From IMG/VR virus record IMGVR_UViG_2866360957_000001, positions 1 through 64,000 of that record: 64,000 nucleotides of DNA. One strand, 5' to 3'. Below, in pieces: positions 56,300 through 64,000 of the stretch. Numbering within the stretch: the first letter of the stretch is position 1; each line of letters starts with the position of its first letter. The translations under genes were made by a program, and so were the position numbers. A model generated the notes under the pieces. The model worked only from the letters and a program-made list of their open reading frames with translations. It did no database searches and was not told the DNA's origin. The stretch comes from a virus (lineage: Duplodnaviria; Caudoviricetes).

Positions 56300-56316
56300 G
56301 GAGAGGTCAGGCCCCC

Positions 56317-56775
56317 ATGGCTCTACTGAGCAAGGACCAGATCTGGCAGGCCCACGACATCACCTATGAGGACGTGCCGGTGCCCGAGTGGGGCGGAGAA
56401 GTCCGCATTCGCGGCCTCGCTGGTGAAGAGCGCGACGCCTTCGAGGAGGCGTCGCTCAAGCGCGGCCGGGGCGGTTCTCGCGAGCTCAATCTGAAGAACG
56501 CGCGAGCCCGCTTGATCGCGGCGTGTGCGATCAACGAGGACGGGTCGCCGATGTTCGTCACGGCCGACGTGCTCAAGCTCGGCTCGAAATCCGCCGCCGC
56601 GCTGGAGCGGCTGTTCAAAGTCGCCCAGCGCCTGTCCGGCATGACGGCTGAGGACATGGACGAGCTGACGGGAAACTCCGAGCCCGGCCAGAGCGGGCCT
56701 TCGCCTTCCGCCTCGCCGGGCACCTCGGATACACCGTCGCCGAGCTTCTCGCTCGGATCTCATCACGCGAGCTGA
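56317..56775 (+). CDS. Tail assembly chaperone (G)
   Basis: DVPVPEWGGEVRIRGL..EERDAFE. Confidence 0.88.
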   Translation: MALLSKDQIWQAHDITYEDVPVPEWGGEVRIRGLAGEERDAFEEASLKRGRGGSRELNLKNARARLIAACAINEDGSPMFVTADVLKLGSKSAAALERLFKVAQRLSGMTAEDMDELTGNSEPGQSGPSPSASPGTSDTPSPSFSLGSHHAS

Positions 56776-56993
56776 CCGAGTGGATGGCCTATGAGCGCCT
56801 TACCGGGGCGCTCGGCCAGCAGCGTGACGACATCCTCGCCGCACGCACCGCGTTCTACGTCGTCTCGGCGCTGAGCAGTAGCAAGACCAACAAGCCGAAG
56901 CTCTCCGACTTCCTCCCCAACTGGGGCCTGATCAGGGAGGAAGCCGGTGGCGACGATCAAGAATCTGCTGATCAGGCTGGGGGTGGTCGCTGA
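56670..56993 (+). CDS. Tail assembly chaperone GT extension by programmed -1 frameshift
   Basis: Slippery G GGA AAC at 56670-56676; -1 frame reads KLRARPERAFAFRLAGHLGYTVAELLARISSRELTEWMAY... Confidence 0.85.
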   Translation, partial: GKLRARPERAFAFRLAGHLGYTVAELLARISSRELTEWMAYERLTGALGQQRDDILAARTAFYVVSALSSSKTNKPKLSDFLPNWGLIREEAGGDDQESADQAGGGR

Positions 56994-59900
56994 CGTCGAT
57001 CGCGGCGTCAACGAGACGACCCGCGGTCTGGAGCGTGTCGCCCGCCAGGCCGACGCCACCGACCGGAAACTCCGCGGCTTGGGCGGCGGCTTCGACTTCC
57101 TGAGCGGCGCGGCGGGCCGCGCTGGCACTGGCCTCCGTTCGGCGGCGACGGCGTTCGCCGGCCTCGGGTCCGCGGCCGGGGGCGCGGCGGGAGGACTTGG
57201 CTCACTCGCGTCACAGGTCGGGCGGATCGGGGGTCTGCTGGGTGGCCTCGGTTCCATCGCGGGCCGCGCCGCGGGCGCGCTCGCCGGATTAGGTTCGGCG
57301 GCGGCCCGCATCGGTGCCGCCGCCGCGAGCGCCGGGGTGGCGATCGGCGCGCTGGCGGCTGCGGCATCGGCGGCGACGACGGGGGTTGCGGGCCTGGTCG
57401 CGGCGCTGGCTCCGGCGGCCGGCGCGCTGGCGGCGCTGCCTGGGGCCGCGCTGCTGTGGAGCGCGGCTCTGGGCACGTTGAAGCTGGGCCTCAGCGGGAT
57501 CGCGGATGGCTTCGCCGCGGCGATCAGTGGCGACTACCTGAAATTCATGGAGGGCACCAAAGACCTCAGTCAGGCGGCCTCTGAGGTGGCCTACGAGCTC
57601 TTCCAGATGGCGCCGGCGTTCCAGCGGTTGAGGGACACGGCTCAGGACGGGATCTTCGGTCCGCTGGTCGGCCAGATGTGGTCGCTGTTGCCGTTGTTGA
57701 ACGTCTTGAACGCTGGCATTGGCGAGGTGGCCGCCCAGTTCGGCCAGGCGGCGCTGGCCATCTTGGAGTTCATCAGGGCCGCCGAGACCGTCCGCGCGGT
57801 CGAGATCGTTTTTCGCGCGACCCGCGATGCCATCGCGGCTCTGATACCGGCGATCCGGCCGGTGCTGGACGGGCTGCGTGATCTCGGCGTGGTCGGCGCG
57901 GTCTGGCTGTCGGGGCTGGCGCCCGGGATCGCGGACGTCGCCAGCCGCTTTGGTCAGTGGATGTCCGCGATCGCGGCATCAGGACAGGCCCTGGCCTGGA
58001 TGGACGGTGCGCTGGTCGTGCTGCGCCAGCTCGGCGCGCTCCTGGCCGATCTCGGCGGGATCGTCGTCGGCGTCCTCCGCGCGGTCCAGGCGTCGGGGAA
58101 CGGGGTGCTCGGCGTCCTGGGCCAGCTCGTTGATGCGGCGCACGCGTGGGTGGACTCGACAGCCGGCCAAGAGGCGCTGGTCGCCGTGTTCAAGGCATTG
58201 GCGCAGATCGGAGCCACGCTCGTCCCGGTCGTCACCCTGATCGCAGCCGGAATCGCGCAGCTTGCGCCGTTGGTTGCTGAGCTGGCGGTCGCGGTCGGCC
58301 CGCTGCTCACCGCGGCGATCTCCGGGCTCATCCCCGCGCTGGCCGCCGTCGCACCGGGGGTCCTCGCGCTGGTCGGCGCCTTGACGGCCGCGGTGCAGAT
58401 GATCGGCCCTGCCTTGGCCCCGCTGGGAGCCGCGCTCGCCAGCGGCCTCGCCTCAGCTGCACCCCTGCTGGTCACGCTCGGAGCCGCGGTCACCGCACTG
58501 CTGCCCCACCTCCAGGCGTTCATCGTCGCCGTCGGCAGCGTGTTGAGCCAGCTCAGACCCGCTGTATCCGCTCTGCTGCCCGCCGTGGCCACTGCATTGG
58601 ACGCGATCGGGGAGGCGCTGGCCATCGCGGCGCGGGCGGCGCTGCCGCTCGCGCAGGCCGTGGCGGGGATCGTGTCGGCCGCCGCGCCGCTGGTCTCCCT
58701 GCTCGCGCAGGTCGCGGTGGCCGCCGTGTCGGCTTTCGGGCCGGTGGTCGTCGCCGCAGCGAACGGGCTGGCCGGAGCGATCTCCGCTCTGGCGCCCGGG
58801 GTCCTGGCGGTGATCGACGGGATCGCGGCCGGAGCGCGGGCGATCGTGCCGGCGCTGGCTCCGCTCGGGCAGGTACTGGGCGGCATCCTGTCGGCCGCCG
58901 GGCCCCTGCTCGCCCAGATCGGCGGGGCGATCGCCGCCCTGCTGCCCGGCATCCAGGCCCTGGGGAGCGCCCTGGCGGCCGGGATCGGCGCGATCGGCCC
59001 GGCCCTGGCTCCGATCGCGGGCGCCTTGACCAGCGTGGCCACAGCAGCCGCCCCGCTCGTCCCGCTGCTGGCGGAGGTGGCCGTTCTCCTGATCGGCAGT
59101 CTGGCCTCCGGCATCCAGACGATCATGCCTGCGGTCGTCGCGCTCGGCCAGGGGATCGCCGCCCTGCTGCCCGGAGCGCAGGCCCTCCTGTCGGGGCTGG
59201 CGACCGGGATCGCTGCTCTCAGCCCTGCCCTCCAGCCACTCGGGGAGGCGATCAGCGGCGTCCTCGTCGCGCTCGCGCCGCTTCTGCCGATCGCCGGGGA
59301 GCTCGCAGCGGTGATCACCACGGCGCTCACCGGCGCGATCCAGACCCTGACGCCCGCCTTGGTGCCCGTGGTGGACGGGATCGGCCTGCTCGCAGCCGCG
59401 ATCGGGCCGCTAATCGGGCAGGTGCTGCAACTCGCCGCCCAATTCCTGAGCGCGCTGCTACCCGCCTTGGCGCCACTTCTGCCGACACTGGGCCAGCTCG
59501 CCCAGGCCGCCCTTCCCGTCCTAGTGGCGATCGTCCAGGCCGGCACCCCGCTGCTCGGCCAGCTCAGCGACATCCTGCGTGCGGTCCTCCAGGCGATGTC
59601 GCCACTGCTGCCGGTGATCGGCCAAGTAGCCCGCATCCTGGGCGAAGCACTGATCGGCGCGATCAGCACACTCCTGGAGGCCGTGCGCCCGCTCATCCCG
59701 CTGATCTCGGATCTCGCGAACACGGTCGGAGCACAGCTACTGTCTGTCGCGGTCGCGGCGGCGCCGGTGCTCACTCAGCTTGCCGAGGTGGTCGCCGGGC
59801 TCGTCACCGCGGCCATGCCGCTGCTGCCGATCTTGGTCAAGATTGCAGCGGTGATCGGGACCACCGTGCTCACGGTCCTGTCCACCCTGCTCAAGGCGAT

Positions 59901-61539
59901 CGTTCCGCTGCTGCCGTCGATCGGCCGGCTCGCCGAAGTGGTCGGCAACTTGCTCCTCATGGCCGTCCAGACCGTCGCGCCGTTCATCATCAGGATCGCG
60001 GAGGCGATCGCCCAGCTCCTCCCGATCTTGACCCCGGTGATCGACCTGGTGGCCAAGGTCGCAGGGCAGATCGGCGAGATCCTGGTGACAGCGGTCGGCC
60101 AGCTCCTCAACGCTCTGACGCCACTACTGCCTGTGATCGTCGATGTCGTCACCACGCTCGGGACGAGCCTGACCGACGCCCTGACCGCCCTTGCACCCCT
60201 GATCATCAAGGTCGTCGAGGCATTCGTCGGATTGCTGCCCATCGTGACGCCTTTGATTCAAATTGTGGCCGATTTGGTGCAGGCTTTCATGCCGCTCATC
60301 CAGGCGATTCTGCCCGTGATCGTCGATCTCGCAAAGGCGCTATCGCCATTGATCGAGACGGTCGCCAAACTTTTCGGCGACCTGCTGAACGCCGTGATGC
60401 CGCTTGTCAAATCGCTTGCGGACCTGATCGTCGCGATCCTGCCTATCCTTGACCCGCTGATCCAGCTAATCAATACAATTCTCCCGTTCCTTATCGACCT
60501 CGTCGTGAAGCTCGCGGACTTCCTGGTCAAGATCCTGGTTCCGGCTTTCGAGCTTATCGTGAACATCGTGAAATGGGTCGTTGATGTCGTCGCCGGTGCA
60601 TTCAGATGGCTCTATGATGTTCTGGTCGGAAATTCGATCATTCCCGATATGATCACGGCGATAAAGAGCTGGTTCGACAAGGCCCTCCAGTGGATCACCT
60701 CGATCGTCACCGGTATCCGGGACGTCATCGTCCGGGTGGTCACGGCGATCTCGGACTGGTGGGGCCGCACTTGGGAATCCATCGTCGCATTCGTAACGCG
60801 GACCTGGGATCGCATTAAAACAGCGGTCAGCAACGCGATCGAAAACGTGCGGACGATCATCTCGACCATCATGGGCAATGTCCGGGATCGATGGTCTGAG
60901 GCGTGGGAGCGTGTGACCGGCGCGCTCGGCCAGGCGTGGGAGGCGATCCGGCGCTCCGTGTCGGACGGCATAAATACCGTGCTGAACTTCTTTCGTAATC
61001 TTCCGGGCCAGATCGCCGGGGCTCTGGGCAATCTCGGTGGAACTCTATTCAATGCGGGCCGTGACCTCATTAATGGGCTCTGGAATGGGCTTGTCTCGAT
61101 GTGGGAATGGTTCAAGAACGCCATTTACAACTTCTTTTCCTCGATCATGCCGCAATGGGTCAAGGACGCGCTGGGAATCAAGTCGCCCTCGAAGCTGTTC
61201 GCGGAGATCGGGAAGATGCTGCCCGCCGGGCTCGTCGCCGGTATGGACGGCGCGCTCGGCATGGTCACCGCGGCGGCCGACCGCATGGCCGCCGCGGCGA
61301 CGGTCGGCATCACCGGGACCATGGCCATGGCCGCCGCGACACCCGCCACGATGTTCGCCGGCGCCGTCCCAGCGCCCGTGGCGGTCGGCGGCGGCCGGGC
61401 AGGGGGGAACGTCATCGAGAACCTCAATCTGACCGTGAACGGCGCTGACCTCGATTTCCGGAACGTCAGCGGCACGGCCCGGAAGCTCCTCATCGAGGTC
61501 CGCGAGGGCCTGCGGCAGCTCGACAAGGAGCAGGAGTGA
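56947..61539 (+). CDS. Tape measure protein (1530 aa)
   Basis: Long Ala/Leu helical repeats, Trp-periodic C-terminal region, LGIKSPSKLF. Confidence 0.95.
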   Translation: MATIKNLLIRLGVVADVDRGVNETTRGLERVARQADATDRKLRGLGGGFDFLSGAAGRAGTGLRSAATAFAGLGSAAGGAAGGLGSLASQVGRIGGLLGGLGSIAGRAAGALAGLGSAAARIGAAAASAGVAIGALAAAASAATTGVAGLVAALAPAAGALAALPGAALLWSAALGTLKLGLSGIADGFAAAISGDYLKFMEGTKDLSQAASEVAYELFQMAPAFQRLRDTAQDGIFGPLVGQMWSLLPLLNVLNAGIGEVAAQFGQAALAILEFIRAAETVRAVEIVFRATRDAIAALIPAIRPVLDGLRDLGVVGAVWLSGLAPGIADVASRFGQWMSAIAASGQALAWMDGALVVLRQLGALLADLGGIVVGVLRAVQASGNGVLGVLGQLVDAAHAWVDSTAGQEALVAVFKALAQIGATLVPVVTLIAAGIAQLAPLVAELAVAVGPLLTAAISGLIPALAAVAPGVLALVGALTAAVQMIGPALAPLGAALASGLASAAPLLVTLGAAVTALLPHLQAFIVAVGSVLSQLRPAVSALLPAVATALDAIGEALAIAARAALPLAQAVAGIVSAAAPLVSLLAQVAVAAVSAFGPVVVAAANGLAGAISALAPGVLAVIDGIAAGARAIVPALAPLGQVLGGILSAAGPLLAQIGGAIAALLPGIQALGSALAAGIGAIGPALAPIAGALTSVATAAAPLVPLLAEVAVLLIGSLASGIQTIMPAVVALGQGIAALLPGAQALLSGLATGIAALSPALQPLGEAISGVLVALAPLLPIAGELAAVITTALTGAIQTLTPALVPVVDGIGLLAAAIGPLIGQVLQLAAQFLSALLPALAPLLPTLGQLAQAALPVLVAIVQAGTPLLGQLSDILRAVLQAMSPLLPVIGQVARILGEALIGAISTLLEAVRPLIPLISDLANTVGAQLLSVAVAAAPVLTQLAEVVAGLVTAAMPLLPILVKIAAVIGTTVLTVLSTLLKAIVPLLPSIGRLAEVVGNLLLMAVQTVAPFIIRIAEAIAQLLPILTPVIDLVAKVAGQIGEILVTAVGQLLNALTPLLPVIVDVVTTLGTSLTDALTALAPLIIKVVEAFVGLLPIVTPLIQIVADLVQAFMPLIQAILPVIVDLAKALSPLIETVAKLFGDLLNAVMPLVKSLADLIVAILPILDPLIQLINTILPFLIDLVVKLADFLVKILVPAFELIVNIVKWVVDVVAGAFRWLYDVLVGNSIIPDMITAIKSWFDKALQWITSIVTGIRDVIVRVVTAISDWWGRTWESIVAFVTRTWDRIKTAVSNAIENVRTIISTIMGNVRDRWSEAWERVTGALGQAWEAIRRSVSDGINTVLNFFRNLPGQIAGALGNLGGTLFNAGRDLINGLWNGLVSMWEWFKNAIYNFFSSIMPQWVKDALGIKSPSKLFAEIGKMLPAGLVAGMDGALGMVTAAADRMAAAATVGITGTMAMAAATPATMFAGAVPAPVAVGGGRAGGNVIENLNLTVNGADLDFRNVSGTARKLLIEVREGLRQLDKEQE

Positions 61540-62702
61540 TCGTCGGCCGTACGGTGCTGACCGAGCCGCACGCCGTGGACGAGACCGGCGAGGCGGCGAT
61601 GACCCTGTCGGGCCGTGAGGCGTGGCCGATCATCACGCGCGGGGCGGTGCTGGCCCGGCACGAGGCGGTGCTGGGCCTGCGCGGCGCGCTGGTCGCCGTG
61701 CGGTTCGGCCAGAAGTGCGAGCGCGACGGCTACTACATGGTGGTGAGCAGCTCGTCGAACCTGACCGACCTCGCCGGGTACTCCGGCTGGGCGGACTGGT
61801 CGCTGTCGCTCCTGCGGCACGGCCCCGACAACGTGGTGGACCTGGAATCCCGGCTGACCGGCGCGGTGCGGGCGAACGACTTCTCGCTGAGCGGCGAGCG
61901 CTGGCACGCGCCGGCCATCGGCGCGTACGGCTACTACACCGGATCGACGACGCCGAGCACGGTGACCCGCACCGGGGAGGACGGCCCGATCATCGTCTAC
62001 CGGCAGGTGCCCGCCGGGGTGTCGCCGCGGTGGGGGTGCGCGGTCGCGGACTACCTGCGCGGCCGGGTCCGGATCCGGACCGGCTACCCGCCACGCGAGC
62101 TGACCGGGCTGACCGCCGCGGTGGACGCCGACCAGTGGGAGCTGTCCAACGGGCTCGTGCGGGCCAGGCGCTCCTACACCGCCGGGTCGATCGAGGTCGG
62201 CAGCTACACCGGCGGCTGGAAGCCGAAGGTCTGGCACATCGACATCGGATCGGGGCCGATCACCTCATGGGAGTCGGCGACGATCCTCCGAAACGACCCG
62301 GAGGCGGCGACGCTGCGGCTCACCGAGTCGCGCGCGCCGGGCCGGGTCGCCGTAGACCTCACGGTGCGCAGGGGGTCTCGCACCGTCGAGGTCTACGTGC
62401 AGCGTGGAGACAGCGGGACGATCAGCGTCTACTTGGCCAGCGCCGAAACGATGATCGACAACGCGTCGTACGTGGTCCGCTCGACGAACGACGGCGACGG
62501 GAACCGGGCGATCGCCGGGTCGGCGAGGAACTTCGACCCGCACGTCAACGGCGGGATCACCCGCACAAGCACGACGGTGCTGGACTGCTGGCTCGGGGTG
62601 GTGGCGGGAGGGGGGAGCGCGGTGTCCGGCGACCAGGCCGCCCACCTGCGCGACCAGTACATCGGCGCGCTGCCGGAGGTTGTCGCCGCGGTGCGGCGGT
62701 GA
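61536..62702 (+). CDS. Minor tail protein (distal tail-like)
   Basis: Follows tape measure, GTGA coupling. Confidence 0.8.
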   Translation: MIVGRTVLTEPHAVDETGEAAMTLSGREAWPIITRGAVLARHEAVLGLRGALVAVRFGQKCERDGYYMVVSSSSNLTDLAGYSGWADWSLSLLRHGPDNVVDLESRLTGAVRANDFSLSGERWHAPAIGAYGYYTGSTTPSTVTRTGEDGPIIVYRQVPAGVSPRWGCAVADYLRGRVRIRTGYPPRELTGLTAAVDADQWELSNGLVRARRSYTAGSIEVGSYTGGWKPKVWHIDIGSGPITSWESATILRNDPEAATLRLTESRAPGRVAVDLTVRRGSRTVEVYVQRGDSGTISVYLASAETMIDNASYVVRSTNDGDGNRAIAGSARNFDPHVNGGITRTSTTVLDCWLGVVAGGGSAVSGDQAAHLRDQYIGALPEVVAAVRR

Positions 62703-62718
62703 CCCGCGGCGCAGCGGG

Positions 62719-62922
62719 TCACTCGTCCTCGCCTGGAGTGGGCTCGCCCGTGGTGAGTTCGAGGGACTTGCGCCCGCGCATGATCGTGGCGATCGCCCGC
62801 CGGTCGATCTCCTCGCTGGGCATGTTCTTGTTCTCTTCCGCGATGCGGACCCATACGCCCATCACGGTCTCCTGATCGACGCCGTACTCTTTTGCGACCG
62901 CGAAGAGCCCGACGCGGCTCAT
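62719..62922 (-). CDS. Small antisense ORF within the tail module (start uncertain)
   Basis: Fills a 300-nt gap; coding-like sequence VAKEYGVDQETV... Confidence 0.45.
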   Translation of the reverse strand: MSRVGLFAVAKEYGVDQETVMGVWVRIAEENKNMPSEEIDRRAIATIMRGRKSLELTTGEPTPGEDE

Positions 62923-63004
62923 GTGATGGGCGGCGATGCCGCCGCCGCGCCCGAGTTGCTTCGAAACCTTGTCCAGGGTTCGCGACAAAGATTGAGGTGA
63001 TCGT

Positions 63005-64000
63005 GTGGCGGTGACGGAGGTCGTCCAAGGGCTCGGCTCCTGGGCCCTCACCCTCGACGGATCCCCGCGAGAGATCACCGACACCCTGCTCTACTTCGGC
63101 CACGTGGCGATCGTCCCCGGCCGCGTCGCGCCCGCGCAGTACGGCGACCAGCTCCTCACCATGGCCCGCTACGTCGGCGTCCTCACCAAGCGCGACAGCG
63201 ACGACGACCGCATGGCCATCGCCGGCCAGGGCATGGAGGTCTGGCTCGGCGATGGCGACGACAAGGGCGAGATCTTCGAGTCGCCGCTGAATATCACGGG
63301 CCAGTCCTTCGCGAACAGCATCAGGGCGATCCTCGGCTCAGGTACGGCGGTCGTCGAGGGCACCCTGCACTCGGTCCCTGGCGCGTACACCGGCCGGCAC
63401 CAATGGGAGTCACGCCGGTCGGCGATCCGCTACGTGTGCTCGACCTTCGGGGCCGAATACCGCGTCAACGGCAACGGCACACTCGACGCGGGCACCCAGG
63501 CGCAGCTCTACGCCGCGACACCGACGTGCGTGATCGTACGGCGGGGAGCCGAGGGCCGGGATCTGGCGCTGACGGCTCTGCCGGGGGAGATGCAGCTCTC
63601 TCGCGACGTCGAGGACTTCACCACGCGGGTCGTGCTGCTCGCCGAGGGCGAGGGGGCCGCCACCGCCACCGGCGCGGCGAACATCGCCTCGAACCCGTAT
63701 CTCGACCTGCGCGGCCAGGCCGTCAAGCGTACGCGACTCGTCTCCGAGTCCGGCACGGTGACCGGCAACGCCCAAAGCCGCGCGCAGCTCCAGCTCAACC
63801 GCTTCACGGGCACGCGCAACGCGCTGAGGCTGGGCGCCGAGGACTTCGAGGTCCGCGGCAGCTTCCGGCCGGGCGACATGGTGTACGTCTACGACCCGGA
63901 CGCTGGCCTGTACGACCCTGCGAACGAGGTGACCTTCCGCGGCCAGCGGATCAACCCGATCGCCCTGCGCAGCGTCGAGGCGAGTTGGCCGATCGTCGAG
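63005..64000 (+). CDS. Minor tail (hub-like) protein, truncated by the window end
   Basis: GAGGTG RBS; VAVTEVVQGLGSWALTL... appears open to the window edge. Confidence 0.8.
   Translation, partial: MAVTEVVQGLGSWALTLDGSPREITDTLLYFGHVAIVPGRVAPAQYGDQLLTMARYVGVLTKRDSDDDRMAIAGQGMEVWLGDGDDKGEIFESPLNITGQSFANSIRAILGSGTAVVEGTLHSVPGAYTGRHQWESRRSAIRYVCSTFGAEYRVNGNGTLDAGTQAQLYAATPTCVIVRRGAEGRDLALTALPGEMQLSRDVEDFTTRVVLLAEGEGAATATGAANIASNPYLDLRGQAVKRTRLVSESGTVTGNAQSRAQLQLNRFTGTRNALRLGAEDFEVRGSFRPGDMVYVYDPDAGLYDPANEVTFRGQRINPIALRSVEASWPIVE

Larger units (their letters stand above)
1..64000. mobile_element. Prophage interior (temperate actinobacterial siphovirus, HK97-type head); both ends outside the window
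   Basis: Ordered repressor/cro, recombination, replication, terminase, portal, capsid, tail and tape measure genes; dense ATGA/GTGA-coupled ORFs; WhiB genes and high GC point to an actinomycete host. Confidence 0.97.

Noticed and set aside
56670-56676. Programmed -1 frameshift as a novel finding
   Set aside because: Well supported, but a standard feature of tail assembly chaperones; listed as a feature
57954-59774. Long antisense ORFs (also 40422-42113, 52138-53574, 17190-18827, 7356-8837)
   Set aside because: Shadow frames of well-supported plus-strand genes in high-GC DNA
56947-61539. Strong internal repeats and falling GC in the long ORF as a novel repeat system
   Set aside because: Normal tape measure helical repeats; the Ile/Val/Lys-rich C-terminal part explains much of the GC drop
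1-64000. Integrase, att sites, tRNA genes, lysis genes, reverse transcriptase/DGR
   Set aside because: None recognised by eye; a tRNAscan/HMM run would be needed to exclude them formally

Overview
The whole window is the interior of a temperate siphovirus-like prophage of a high-GC actinomycete. No integrase, att site or lysis genes are visible, so they probably lie outside the window. From left to right it holds: an immunity switch (XRE repressor and Cro-like gene); a long, translationally coupled early region (YqaJ exonuclease with RecT, two WhiB genes, an HTH replication initiator with iterons and DnaA boxes, RusA, many small ORFs); a mosaic accessory block at about 26.3-35.5 kb; and an HK97-type morphogenesis module (HNH, terminase, portal, protease, capsid, a glycosylation cassette, repeat-stalk proteins, head-tail and tail genes, a -1 frameshift chaperone, tape measure, minor tail). 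The strongest candidate for a new system is a stand-alone Cas7/RAMP-like gene (20490-21245). It is followed directly by about 670 nt of non-coding DNA built from 5-nt units (variable NN plus near-constant RCC/NYC, which reads GGY-NN on the minus strand), divided into segments by GAC. This looks like a phage-encoded, non-CRISPR RNA-guided module. Other notable items are a PglX(BREX-2)-like methyltransferase with no catalytic motif, an Acb2/Tad1-like sponge, twin cassettes sharing a structured 5' leader, a chain of seven hairpins upstream of whiB/rep, and a second rep-like gene with palindromic iterons. All family assignments come from recognising motifs by eye; no searches were run.
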